This document shows positions 13,401 through 27,365 of a DNA stretch of 64,000 bases, one piece after another (position 1 is the stretch's first letter; every line of letters begins with the position of its first letter). The notes beneath the pieces were generated by a model. It saw nothing but the letters and a program-made list of their open reading frames with translations, was not told where the DNA came from and made no database searches. The stretch is taken from the NCBI RefSeq assembly GCF_964355755.1, contig NC_092671.1:4278001-4342000 (forward strand). The letters are read 5' to 3'. Position numbers and translations under genes: made by a program. Source of the DNA: Antedon mediterranea (taxonomy: Eukaryota; Animalia; Echinodermata).

Positions 13401-16400
13401 CTACAAGATGGTTGTCAATGTCAACAAAACACAGCGATGCCTAGCAACAAAGAAAGATATATACTTTTAAAAAAAATATTATTGTTCAGAATTGCCAATT
13501 CACTATCCATCTGACAAAGTAAATCCTGTTTAAGAAACATTACAAGATTTCTATGAATAAACAAAGTTTGGTAATAGAGTTTTATGAAATTAATATTCGT
13601 TGGGATGAATTTTGTAACCTTTAAAGAATTTTTTTTCTGTTTTCAATCAATTAAAGATAAGAAAATAAAGTTCAAATACAAACACTCAAGTTACATGGTA
13701 TTGTTGTAATATTGAAACATATGTTCTTGTGAAGTTATTTATAGCTCTTATCAGCACTACTGTAGAAAAACTATTGCCTTTTAAAAATAAACTCATTATG
13801 ATGTTGTATGGGACTTATGCAGTCTGGTACTATTATGCTACACTGAGGATTCGAACACCGAACCTTGGAACTGGAAGGAAAACATACCATCATACTAAAA
13901 TGGAATTATCTATGTGACAATTAGTGACATTATTAAACTTTTTATTATGTAAATACTGTTAAATAAATCACCAAAAAAATGATTACATAAACAGATAATT
14001 TTGAGATAAACTTGTTTTTCAGTAGAATGCAAAATAAAAAAACTTCACAATAGCCATAATATCATCATGTGACGGAACAAAGAGAAAGGAAAGCTTAATG
14101 CTTATTTATTGTATGTCTGTCACTGAAAAGATTACCTGGTCAGTCTAAAAAGTATTTTTATCTGATAGTGGTATTAGTAAAAGGTCTGTTAAATATGTAC
14201 AGGATTAGTATAATCCTCCTTTGGTAATCCTTAATCTGTGCTTAAATTAAATGACATAATGCTGTGCATAACTTTAGATGAAGCTAAAAATAGATTATAA
14301 ATTTGCATCATTCTTTGTGTTTTCCGTTGGTCACTACAATAAGATAAAGCACTGTACCTCATTCGTCATTTCGATCTGTGAGTTATCTTCGCTGCCGTCA
14401 AGATGAAGACCCATTATGAACGGTACAGGAGCATCAAGAAAATGAAGCATGGAGGCTGGCAGGATGGGAACGTAGACATGTTGCCATGAGAACGGGAACA
14501 TTAAACAACATATGGATTCAGCGACTACCATTAACCTTTGATAATCTATAAGAAAATCATTTATCTTATCTTGTTTAATGTCAATTCTAAGATTAGATAT
14601 GCGACACAAACACATTTCTCAATGACATTTATTTTATATCTATTTGCAGGTCTATGCTTCAGTCCTAAGTGTATACACTAGTAAAGGGTTAGTGTTCATA
14701 CAATAACCTTCTCTTCAAAAAAATAAAATATAAACAAAAACTGTGGCCACTGCTTTCAGTAACTTTATGTACTGTACAAATTTATCTTTTTTTTGTAATA
14801 TATGTAAGAGGTATTTCCAAAAGGTAGGATAGAAGATAAGCCTAACATTCTTGCACCCAGTATGTTTATCTGAAGGTTAAAAACCAAGCTTAATTCTAAT
14901 ACTGTACTATTGTTAAAAAGTATTAAGTAATATTACAATTAACAACACAAGGCTATTCTTTCATTTTCTTGTACATAGTTTAATGGAAACATCCTATGTG
15001 AGTCCCACTGTAGGTAACATTAGAACTTTACCTTTAGACACCAATAGAATCTGATGTTCCAACAGCGCACATGTGTACAACTCCACAATGTTGTCAATAC
15101 TAAGCAGATGAAAGAGTTCTTTCAGAGGATACTCAAACAGAGGCAGTTCGTTATCAGCTGGACATTGGCAAAATACATTCTCTGTTATTCCGTTAAATTT
15201 CATACTGCGTCCCGGTGGCGGCAGCGGTACTTCGTACAGAAGGTTAAATAGACACTGTTCTAGACATACTTTGGGCGCTTCCTTATTTGCCATAACATCC
15301 TCCACTTGCAGGAGAAATTGAAAACATGATTTTATATACGGCATTTGCATAATCAGACAGATGCTCTTTGTAACATACAACCTATCTTTATGAATATTAA
15401 AACTACCAATTTTGTTCTGCCATTGTAGCGCGTCGCTACGTCTATGTATCTTAGGAGATATTCGACCAATAGCTGATGCAGATGGTCGACGGCTTGCCAT
15501 TTTTGGAAAAGTTGCATACGATTGGTTGGAACTACGTCGACTGATCTGTGGACTACCGCCGTATACGTTAATTTCATTTTCACGATTTTTTGTTTCGTTT
15601 TGATATTTTGTGTGAAGAGCCTGCATAGAGACGCAAATACCCTGGTCTTCTACAGGTTCGTAAAATGTTAACGCCGCACCGTATATACGTGTTCCATCCT
15701 CGCGTGTCACCACAAATGAATGAAGTTGGGGAGATTTCTTATCTCGTTGTGTACGGAATGATAATCCCTTTGGCATACACAACTATAAATAAAAACCAAT
15801 CAAAATGTTGTCATTTCTTAATACCAGAAAATTTAAAATAATTTCAGATGAAAATATTACAAGTAGATCAAAATGATATACTGCATTTATATCACCATTT
15901 CTTTAGTCTTGTGGATACCCATAATCAGGGCACAATCTTGTGAAATGAATGAGGGGGAAATATAATTATGACCAACCCATTCTATTCAGGGAAACTCCAA
16001 ATAGGGGGACATTTGTTTGGTCCCAAAAGTGTCCCTTTATCACCTGGTTTTTTTCTAATGTATTATTTTCTCATTACTTTTATACTTCTACACTTTCATT
16101 AATTTATCAATAAGCAAATCAACTCTAATTATTTCAAATGCAAAGATAGCCACTCTGTCCAGCTTGCTATTACAAAATGTCACATGTTTTCTCTTACCAT
16201 ATTGATACCAGCATCATCGAATGGGTTCCAGTCAACATTTTTGGGGTAGTGCTGTAAAACTTGACCTTTGTACCCCCGTAGTAAAGGTGTCACATGGTTG
16301 CTATCTCCTACAAAAATATAAAAAAAAAATCTTTAAATGGCCATTCAAGAACCTTCAAACCTCACTGACTGTAGGCTTGAATTTTTATAGTTTAAATTTA

Positions 16401-19400
16401 AATTCAAAATAACATATATACTTCCTTTTAAGATTTAAACAATTATGGAATAAATAAGAAATAATAGCATAGACAAGTAACAATATAATAATATCTTAAT
16501 AAAACATATTCCAAATTTAAATTAAAATTATTACAAAATAAGATCATTCAATCACTGCTCGGTAATTTGATTACACTTTTTTTCATTTCCTAAATCGAAC
16601 AGTTGAAATAACATAATTTGTTAAATATATTTGCGAGATTGGTAAACTAATTTTGAAATCCACATTACAATACACGTAATCTAGAGGGGGTTCGTAATGT
16701 GATGAGAACACCATGTTTAATATTGACATCAACATTCAGTATGTGTCATATCAACTTTCAATTACGGTATGAACGGCAATACCCCCACTAAAAATCAATA
16801 TCAGTTCCAGGTATTCTAGTTTTCACAATCCCAATTTAGACATCGATGAAATTTGTATTGATTTGAGATGAAAAAAATCTAATTCATAATAGCAATGAAA
16901 ACAACGAAGAGAAAGAGCATTGGCGCTGTCAGATTGATGGCAGCACTGTTGCGTAAGACGAGCTAAAGTGGAAAATAACAAGTAGTACGAAGAGATAGAG
17001 TAATGGAACGATGTAACGCAAGGTCACACAGCCTAGAATTGTGAAATAATTAGAATAAAAGGTTATTAGTATTAAAAGCATCAGAAAACAGGTTGTAATA
17101 GGATTGAATAGATGAAGACAATTATACATTGGATACTGTAGTAGTATTATCTATTATTCTTATTAATCTATTTGTTTAAATATTTTCTATTCATAAAGAA
17201 AAGGAAATGCATAGTGTTAAGTGTTTTGTACTTAAAATCACCAGCGTAAAGACTTCAAAGTATTAAAGTCTTTTTAGCTATTAATTTTTTGTTAATAATC
17301 ATACTCTATTGTAAACCCTAGCCAGACTTTTAGTCTGTCCACCTGCAAGACTCCTAAACTGCAAGACTGGACTTTAATTTCTGAACCAAATGATGGACTT
17401 TGAGCAGTATCTCAAGCAATCACATGCTATGATTGTTAGATATAATAAACAATAAATATTATTAGATATATGAAAAAATGAATAAAATCAGATTTCGAAA
17501 AGGGCATTTTGTAGTTTAACAATCTATTTTTATTATTTAGTTAAATCACCTCCGCAGAAAAAAAACCCAATGTTTTTACTTATAAAAATTCAACCAGAAA
17601 CGCATTGATTGGCAGATAATTTGGTTGCTTTAGGTTACATTTTTGTTCACTGTTTCATAGAATAGAATAGAATCGAACATCAAATTGGCATATTCAACAA
17701 AAAAATGTGAAAAAACTGTGTAAGTAATTCAAAATCCAAATTGATACAAAAAATAAAATAAAAAACAATAACAGGATTTTGTGGTACATTCATAAACCAT
17801 AAACAGTTACTTAATAATAAAAAAACAATTCACAAAAAATGTGTATAAAACCCCTTTCTATTTGTGAATAAAGGCTTTACAATAATCTTGTACTTTATTA
17901 AAAATGAAATTAAAAACATAAATGAATTATAATACACAAAAGGCTTGTGAATTTAAATATTACTGTTGAATTTATTGAAATCTGTACAAAAAAAATATAT
18001 AAACATAACATTTGTGGTTTGTTAATATCACAAACAAAATAACATAATGTATGATGAAAGAATGCGAGTGAAACGCCACATCAAAAATTAAAGAATTTAT
18101 AACACTATAGTATAATATTCAATAAATATTTTCATATCATTACGATTTCAATTTAGGTAATTCCCTTAGAATAGATGACAGATTTATTTCATATCACCTA
18201 ATTATGATGAAGACGAACAATAAATAATATCACTACTAATATTGTGCAATGGAAATATTGTTAAACTGTATGTCTATGGTACTGTAACTAACAGTTTAGA
18301 TGTAAAAATGTTTAAATGTAAAAAGTGTTTTTTTGTTTGTTGTTTATCATCAGCCTGTGTTATTCACAGCATTGTTTAAACTTAGCTTGTAGACCTAATT
18401 ATAAATCTAAATTCTAAACTGAATTACTGTACTTATGCCAATGAAAAACTGTGATCTTATGATAAGGTTTAAATTTGTTTATTAATGTGATTAACTTATT
18501 TCTCCATGCATGATGTAAAAAAAGGCTTGTTTTCATGGCCATATCAGCATTTGGTGTTTACATGCACTGTGAATTGCGTTAAAAGTCAGCTTGTACATGT
18601 TGTAGAAGATAAAAATTTGCAATGCATTTATTGTTTTAATAATATCTTACAATTACATTACAAAACAATATAAGTTATTACATTAGTAAAGTGTAAAATT
18701 GTATAAAAATATCTTGATGTGATGAAAAGAATGTTTTTAATGCTTTTTAACTTTATTGTACTAGTCATCATTCACAATCATGCAGTACATGCAGCAGCAG
18801 TATATTAAATTAATAGTGTATACCGTATACATTCAAACCTAATTATAAAATATCTGAATTTTAATTAAATTCTAAAATAATATCACTAATATTGCAGTGA
18901 AATAATGTTTTAAATTTTTAAGTACAGTATACTTGATGTGATTTGAAAAAATGGCCTTATCGGTAGTCATCATTTACATTACAAACTTGTATTAAAACCT
19001 AATTATAAAATCTGAATTCTAATGATCTGAATTATAAATAATATCAGTGACATTGCAATTGGGAATGTTGTTTAAATTTAATAATAAATATTATATTCTT
19101 GAATATTGTGATGGCTTGATTGTGTGTCCTCCGGAATTCACCGATTGACATATTGCTTTTTGTAACTTGTATAAAGACCCGGAGCAGCTCTGCAGAACAG
19201 CATACCTCATTATCATCCACAATTGAAGCAAATGCTCTCAACGAATCTCATAGGAAATAGAGTAAGGACAGCCTGTCGCCAATTGCGTGATGACTCATAC
19301 ATCCAAGAGAACTTAAATATTTAAGCATCTCTGTATCCGAAATGTCTTATAATTTATAAATGAATTTACATTTATGTATGTGTTTTGAATGTGCAGCCTA

Positions 19401-22400
19401 GAATTTATAACTTGCTGTTTATACTGTTTTAACATTTGACATGATTTCCCAGCGTTGATTTCTTTCAATATACGGAAATGAATGATGCTAAAAAATCAAC
19501 ATCAATAAAATGTAGATTTCAGTGCTGACTACTTGTATTTTTTTTTATAAAAATGAAAAAGTTTCCTCAAAATAGTAAATTGTTTAATAAACAAAGATCA
19601 ATTAGTGCGTAGCCTAATTTGTACTAAAAAATAGTTTTTTTCATTTGGTGATGTGTGTGGTTGTATATTATTATCCACAATTGTTAGTCAAAATAAGGTA
19701 TTAAAATATTCCCTTACAGGATAGGCTAAAAAAACCTCTAGGCCTAGTCATCTACATTATATACTGTAGTGGCAGTTTTAACCACATATTAACATGGCCG
19801 GTTACATTTCATATAGTTTATAGCATTGACAGTTTCACGGCATCTGCGCATGTCCATTTTCTCCATGATCAGAGCATCGGTCAGAGTACAGTGAACATAA
19901 ATGATGCAATAAATTATGCAATGGACGGTTACCTGGTACCTGGGAGTTGATGATCAGTGCAAATAAACAAGTGCCATTACAACACAGTACAAGTTAATTA
20001 GTAATGTACACTACACTACAAATATGGAATTGCTATTTGTGTAATGTCAGGGATAGGGTAAGGATTTAGCAAGAATGTAGGGTTTCTTTACTGTACAAAA
20101 AGATCTGGCAGCGGCATAGCTTGTCTTGTACTGTACCTGCTGTAATAATAATAATAATAATAACAACTTTATTTAAAAACGGATGCAACACTTGAATCAC
20201 CACTGGTCCATATTGGTGTTTTTCACAAGGTCGTTACTTACTACAAAACTATTTATACTATTACTGTACACAAGTTATAATTTACAGTACAAAAACAACA
20301 ACAACAAAAAAGATTTCATGAAAAATATAGAGTTTCAAGTATATTTTATCTTTGGTCATTTATAATTGTTTTAAATATATGTATATTAGGAGCTGTAATT
20401 GCATTTGAGTTTATAGCATTTAAACTATTCCATAGCTTTGCGCCAGAATACGAGAAACTTTTCTTTTTATACTCAGTGTTTGCCTTATGTAACCTTAGAA
20501 TATCTTTTGATCTACAGTAGTATTATATGTTTGTTTGCATTCATAGAATCTGTTTCTTAAGTAGGATGGTGTCAAGTTATTCATTATTTTATACATTGTG
20601 ACTGCTTCGTTGTAATATTGTTTTTCTTCTAAATTAGGCCAATTTAAATCATACCTAGATGTATGTGTAATTATTTTAGCCGCTCTATTTTGGAGTACTT
20701 GGAGTTTATATTTGAGGGTTTGGTTACAACGACCCCATACTACATTGCAGTAGTCAAAATGGTGGGCTATGATAGATTTGTACATTAATGATTGAATATT
20801 TTGAGGGAAAATATTGCTGCCTTTTTTTAGATAGTACAGACCTGATAAAAATATTTTTCACCTGATCTATTTGTTTATGCCATTAAAATACTGTAAAATA
20901 TTGTAGTACGGCTTATATAAAAAAAAACAGCCCCAAAAAAGCATGTAACAATACACTAGATTTAGCATATTTAACCAACCCATGAAACTTAAAGATTATA
21001 AAAATATTGGAACTTTGACAGGCTTTGAATGAACCAAAGGACATTTAAGCTCTGACTACACTATCAAACTTTATGTGACAAACAAACTGTAATGTTTTAA
21101 GCTCTGTCTACACTGTCAAACTAAAGTGTGATGTGCCCAAATGAATATCACTACCATATAATATGGTAGTGATATGCTCAAATATGGCAGTGTCATGACA
21201 TCATCATGCCCATACAGTATATGGGCACATATTTGGGCATATCACTACCATATTTGGACACATCACACTTTAGTTTGTCAGTGTAGACAGAGCTTAAAAC
21301 AACATCACAGTATCATTTAATTAGTAAAACATTGTATGTACTTTAATATTAGCATATGTTAAGTGGTTGATTTATGTGTTAATTTGCTTTATATACAAGT
21401 CACACCAAGTTTGGCAACAAAGAAAATGCAAAGAACATGAATCATCAACATTTCACATCTTACATATTAAATAGTTGAATTAAAAAAACCATCTTATCTT
21501 GTTTACATTAATTATTACAATCTTATCATATTAATTAGTTAAATCAGGGAAGAGTTAAATTAAGTTGTAATTTAACTCTTCCCTGGTTAAATTAATATAT
21601 AGAAAAAAATTACCATATAATTCTTCTTGCATACAGTAATAAGTTAAATACAAACAATTACTGTGCATACCGGACAACAAGATCAAAATGTTGAATTCTC
21701 ATTTTACTTCAAGTTCAAAATCAGTAGAAACTGTAATGTGAGATCCCACCTCCATTACTTCATTAAACCAAAATCAAACCTCGATCAGGTATTAGTTCTC
21801 ATTTAATCTTTTCAATAATGTCTATTGTGTGTTTTCATTTGATTTTATGAGTGGACAGTAATTTCAAAATTAGCACATAATAATTTACTACTAATATTAT
21901 TAAACTACTGTATACAATTTATTGAAATTTACTAATGCATTTATTCTCTATTTAATTTTGTACGTATACAAGTAAACAAATGATTGCAATGTTTTTTCCT
22001 CAGGCCCAGAATTGTTTATCTTTAGTTTAATGTGTATTGTATTGTACTGTATGTTATTGTATGATATTTATTTATGCTGGTTGAATCTATAATTTAAACA
22101 ATTCCTTTGTACAGTGCATTTTAGATGTTGAAAATACTTATACACTACAGTACCATCCATTAATATTATTGAACAATCATGTGGGAAGGCTTTACGATAC
22201 GATTAAAAATGTATTGCCGTTGCTTTTAGTACGGTACAGTACTTTTTCTGCATTCAGTTAATGGTCAATTAACTATTTATTTGATAATCAATTAAAAAAT
22301 ATAATTTAACCAAGCAGCTAAAAGTTTGTTCTCTGTAAAGAAATTAAAACAAAGTCAATGGCTGTCAATCAAATAACCATTATTTTGTGATTGTGATAAA

Positions 22401-23893
22401 AAAAAAATTAACTTTACTTGTTTTACAACCAAAACATAGCTTAAATCAACTGTAAAATTGGCTGATTTCTTGTTGAAAAATGTGTTACTTGAAATATTCA
22501 CAAGTGTAATGTGCCCAAATATGGTAGTGATATGCCCAAATATGTCATGTTCATATACTGTAATTTTGATTACACATCATATTTTTTTGTCACATAAAAT
22601 TTGATAGTGTAAACAGAGCTTTAGAGTGTTGTTTAAAATAGTGGAAGATAGAATCTCCATTGAAGGGACACCTTTAGTTTGTGTGCGATGTTTTTATTTT
22701 GAATCTATACTACAAAACCAGAAACAAATATCACAAAGTCATAAATAGAAATACTGTAGATTGAGGACAATTAATCCTTGCATACTGTAGAAGAATTATA
22801 CTGTAGGAGGGTTATATTTTATCATCAAAGCCATGGTAGAAAATAAATAAAAGGTAATATTGCATGAAGACAATTTATGTTGAGCAGCAAAGAAAAGAAG
22901 ATAAGATTGTCTGTCAGTGACCTTCATAACGATTTAGCCTTTGTTCCAAGCAGGAAGTAATCCTAGAAGAGGAAACACTCAATTGTCTTCTGTTCTGTAT
23001 TTTTTTGCAGGGCAGTGGTGGTAATCTCTGATAATTCTTTAAGTAAAATCATTGAAGACATTTTGAAATCGTAGTAAAATATTTAACAGACATGGAAGGA
23101 AGTAATTTCATTTCATGGATATTTTTTTACTATATAATTTAATGTATTTTGTGGTTGGCCTCCAAATAAACTTAGAATAATAAGAAAAGCATGAAGCATA
23201 GTATAATAATAGGTAGGCTAAAATACGTTTTTCCAGGACCAACCCATGGCCTAAATGACCCAGATGAACAAACGTAATAAAGAGAAAAAAAAAGAGTCAA
23301 CCACCTTAGAAGCTTAAATCTGTTTGTTGCGTATTTCTTTAAAATAAAATCATGCAGTTATAACTTTTTTTTACAAGTTACAGTGTGTCAAGCAAAATGT
23401 TGACCGTGCCGCGGTCCATATAGTAACATATACATAGGTTGCGGAATGTCGGGCTAGGCTACATGATGCACACTGTGACTGGTGGTAAGCTAAATGGTTA
23501 ATAACACTCAATAATTTTAACAGTAACATTTTATTTTAGGCTGGACTCATTACACTGACAATTGTATGTAGCCTATTATTTAATAAGCAATAAATTAAAA
23601 AAATGCTGCTCTTTTAAAAAAAATTAAAAACAAGTTTACAACTTAAAAACATTCTTTTTAAACAAATGCGGGTCGACTAATAATGTTATTATTGTTACTA
23701 GGGCTAGTTCTAGCTAGCTAGGCTATCCCTAAAGGCCTAGCTAGGCCTAGCCTCTAGTAGGATACATTCAGCCCGATACCATTCACAACTTACCCGCTAA
23801 ATGATCTGCCTGAAGCCCCGATGTGGGATCGAGACCACACACCACAAAATAATCTACGAAACGTCCAAATTGTGGTCCACTCGGCGAACCCAT
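4450..23893 (-). CDS. DENND5: DENN domain-containing protein 5 (Rab6-interacting protein 1), Rab GEF; 20 coding exons, about 1330 aa
   Basis: Manually spliced GT-AG exons, all phase-compatible: 23794-23893, 16198-16307, 15032-15782, 14358-14545, 12847-13440, 11475-11697, 10476-10626, 9748-9841, 9480-9602, 8812-8964, 8387-8486, 7932-8073, 7641-7769, 7180-7301, 6639-6781, 6410-6528, 6051-6315, 5505-5631, 5089-5263, 4450-4633 (3993 nt incl. TGA). Motifs: [12 protein letters not shown] and LCMPKGL (uDENN), [25 protein letters not shown] (cDENN), [12 protein letters not shown] (dDENN), [16 protein letters not shown] and [12 protein letters not shown] (RUN), [17 protein letters not shown] (PLAT), second RUN ending LEASLTRG. 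Confidence 0.95.
5318..5457. mobile_element. Tc1/mariner(pogo)-like MITE
   Basis: TA|CAGTAAAACCC...GGGATTCTACTG|TA; related fragments at about 1480-1572, 7075-7155, 15950-16045 and 51200-51305. Confidence 0.6.
9232..9453. mobile_element. Non-autonomous TIR element with 7-bp TSD (copy 1)
   Basis: Ends CAGGCAATAACAACAGGA / TCCTGTTGTTGGATTGCCTTG; flanks atacaag / atacaaa; homologous to 27889-28061. Confidence 0.7.
9925..10047. mobile_element. Degenerate MITE
   Basis: Inverted ends tggttcccact..atgcaac / gttgcat..agtaggaacca. Confidence 0.5.
20415..20885 (-). mobile_element. LINE (CR1/L2-like) ORF2 C-terminal remnant in DENND5 intron 1
   Basis: [42 protein letters not shown] and [13 protein letters not shown], typical of the post-RT region of CR1/L2 LINEs. 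Confidence 0.8.
21101..21293. mobile_element. Foldback MITE; other family copies at about 1578-1740, 12630-12749, 21047-21095 and 22501-22622
   Basis: ttaa|GCTCTGTCTACACTGTCAAACTAAAGTGTGATGTG...CACATCACACTTTAGTTTGTCAGTGTAGACAGAGC|ttaa; internal atatggtagtgat subrepeats. Confidence 0.8.
21545..21585. mobile_element. Minimal palindromic element CAGGGAAGAG..CTCTTCCCTG with 7-bp TSD
   Basis: 18-bp perfect arms with a 5-bp loop; flanks gttaaat / gttaaat. Confidence 0.65.
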
Positions 23894-26690
23894 GACTGTT
23901 TAGTTTTAAAACAATTCTTTCAACATTATAACGGTAACATTGTGTTGATCCTCTTTATATTCTGTAACACGAATAGACAAACAATAGAGAACCTCTTTCG
24001 ACACACACAAAAGGCAAACCCAGCCAAACGCCAATAAATAATTTCAATACAATAAATTAACTCGAGCGGAAGAACCATTTAAAATAACTTAAAAGAAGAA
24101 AATTGTATCATTATTTATTCACATTTCCATACACTGCCAAAACTTAAAAACATGTTAAGATGCAAAGTATAGTTTTATATAAAATAGCCACAAATATAAT
24201 TTAATTAAATTAATTTCAAAATATATCTATAAAGTTTAAAATAAAACATGTTTCTGAATGAGCCTGGAAAAGTCCTTTCTCAGGGGACCTCCCACATACG
24301 TCAGAAATTACGTCATGGGGGATTCCCTTTCACAACCGATCGACCAAAACAAAGGGAAATTCGGAACGGTTGCACAGTAAAAACAATTAATGCCTGATTA
24401 CTTGTAATTTGTTTTTACACGTTTATTATCTGTGTCTAGTGATGTAAATCTGAAATGGATATTGAATGCTTATCAACAATATCATTATCGTCAAAAACAA
24501 CAATTGAAATAGCATTTTTCGTAATGTAAGATTGATGATAATAATTATAAATTTACTAAACTGGTTTATCTTACTAATAACTGCTGAATTTCAACAATGG
24601 TTATTGAAATACTGAGAGAGGGGAATATTTACACGAATTAGAATTATTAAATAATCATTGAATGTGCCAAAATAATGATGTCATTATTTAATATCTAAAC
24701 AAAGTTATAAAAAAAACTAAAGAAATGTATTAAGCCTATCACCTAAATTACAGGGGCGGCTTGCATATTCTACTGTTTTCTGAAAGTATTTTTCTTTACT
24801 ATTAGTGACGTAACGTAATTTAGATCCACTCATTGTTTTTTTTTAAATATTAAAGTAGATTTGTTTTTTTTTTTAACGGACGTAAATCGTAAGATATCAA
24901 AATGGAAAATCTGTGTGCACAAATTAAAATAAAGTTGTCAGAAATATAAACAACATGACTTGAATACATGTGTTTTCCTTTAAATATGCAAAACTGCTTG
25001 TTTATGGGAGGCGGTTTTTTAAGTACAGTGAGCTTGAGCAGAGATGGTAGGATTTGAGTAATCTGGCGTAGATGGCAGCAAACACAAAAGTTAATATGTG
25101 ATTGTGATGAATAATACTATTACTATTACTTCCATTTTTAAAAGGTTTCAAGTTAATAAAAATTGTATATGATAAGGTGATATCCAAATCGACGTCGAGC
25201 ATGGTAAACAAATACATAAAATAAAAAACATTTCATCAATTTGAAAAATTATTTTATCGTTTATAATTCTGTGAAAATTCACTTGTAGGCCTACTTGTTT
25301 TATCAAGTTTAGTTTTAATTTTCATTACTTAAAATACTTATTCTCAATTCAGAATATATTTTGCTTTATTGAGCACTTTTAGGTAAAATTGAACTATACA
25401 CAATACAATATATTGTAGGTAAATCAAAAACATAAATTAATATTTGAGTTACTTCCACAAAGACAATTAATATTAAAATGTATTCTTTATGAAAGTTTGT
25501 CGAACAATACTATTTTTAATTTAATTGTTTCATACACCTAAATTACAATATCAAATAAACTGAACGCATTCAAAATTCTTTCATTTATTCAAGTTCCATC
25601 TTACGAGTGGTAATACGAGCTTACACACAAATGCCATAAAAACAATACATAATAAAACAATAAAAATAATAGTTAATAATAACTGTCTTGTTTATGTATT
25701 TATTAAACTAAAATTGCCTGTATATTTTAAACAGTATTTAATTGTTATATTTTGTGCAATAATTGTCATTGTCACATTTTCTCTGTGTATATTATTACAC
25801 ATGACATTCTCTTTTAGCAAACACCAACTTTTTTTAAATAGCATTTTTCAAAAAGAGTAAAATTAGAATTTTGAAATCTGAATAAATGGAAAATCTAATC
25901 ATAAACTCCTTTTGGTTTTTTCCAAACATAAGTTACATCTACTCCAGTTTTCCATCTTTTAAACTATTTAAAAAAAAGTATTATACTGACACTATATAAT
26001 AATCATGATATATTTACGTTACAAGTTAGAAAGTAAATAATGTATAAATAAGAAATGTCTAAAAACACTGATTCTGATAACAAACGTATACAGTTATTGA
26101 AGGTGTTTGTACATTTCTTATAGTCAGTTCGGCTTAAAATAATTATACAAAAATTACAAAACTGATTATCAATATATGTGAAATTCATACATAATACATC
26201 ATTCAGGCAAGTTTCCAAATAAATATACGACTAGACAGACCGCTAGCACAAATGACGGGAGTGTTGTTTTTCCAAAAACACATTTAAATTTATTTATTAA
26301 ATAGGAATATGTAATGTGTTGTTAGATTTAATATTGTTGGCATTATCAATTTTATTACAGTATTAGTAAAATCACATCAGCCAATCGAATTGAGAAATTA
26401 ATCAATTATTATCAAATTAAAAAAAAATATGATTTCTATTGTCAATATTAAATTAAAAATATAACTATTTGCAACCAAATTTCGTCTCACAAAATGAAGT
26501 AGATGGAGAGTTGTTTTTGTTTGTGACCGCATTAGTTTATGTAGGTGACCTTGTAAACATACAGTAGCAAACATATGCATACTAGAGAACAGCATGAGAA
26601 GAGCGATCTCTAATGAGTGAGAGAACTAGAATTTTTTATACTTAATTGATATTACTCATTATCCTACTACTTAGTCCAATTAAGCTTTAA

Positions 26691-26886
26691 GGGTCTTTCA
26701 CACCTGTTCGGCACGGTTCCGTTCTGGAGCCGGAAAATGAATGTGAATGTTTTCAATTTCACACAGCTATGCGCATATCGATTGGCGCATAGCCGCGTGG
26801 AGCACCGTGAAAACAAAACATTGACGTTCAATTTGATTTTCCGGCACAGGACTGGAACCGTGCTGGAACAGGTGTGAAAAAAACAT
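26691..26886. mobile_element. Foldback MITE (Harbinger-like) downstream of CDC37
   Basis: TTCACACCTGTTCGGCACGGTTCC..GCCGGAAAAT / ATTTTCCGGC..GGAACCGTGCTGGAACAGGTGTGAA, central gctatgcgc/gcgcatagc hairpin. Confidence 0.75.
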
Positions 26887-27365
26887 TTAAATCTGGTTTC
26901 TATATAATTAAATACGCGTCAAAGAAACAATCAGGAGCATTCCCGATTGCCCACGAAACAAATCCGGAGAGTTAAACCGGGTTTATCTTTACTGATTTTT
27001 CTGCTAGTAACCTCTTGCCAGTCGCACATCAAGTTTAAGTGACATGTTCAGAATATCCAGGATGTTGTGTGTGTATTTTTTTGTTTTTTGTGTACTGCAA
27101 ATCCAGTATAAAGTAGTCACTACCAATTATCACGATAACACATCTTATTTTTAGCTTCAAATTTACTTTGAACGTTTTTACATTCTATTCAACTGATTTC
27201 AGATTCATTTTCTGAAAGTTCACTATATTGTTATATTGATCATAATAAAATCTAAAGAATCGGTAAATAAAGAGTGTCAGGCTACAAAAATAAATATAAA
27301 AAGGATACTAATGAAATAAATCAATTAGTTAATTAATCTCAATAATGAGTCTATTAATAGATTGT

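Noticed and set aside
19940-19990. AATGGCAC seed resembling the miR-183/263 family on the minus strand
   Set aside because: No convincing precursor hairpin; the rest does not match
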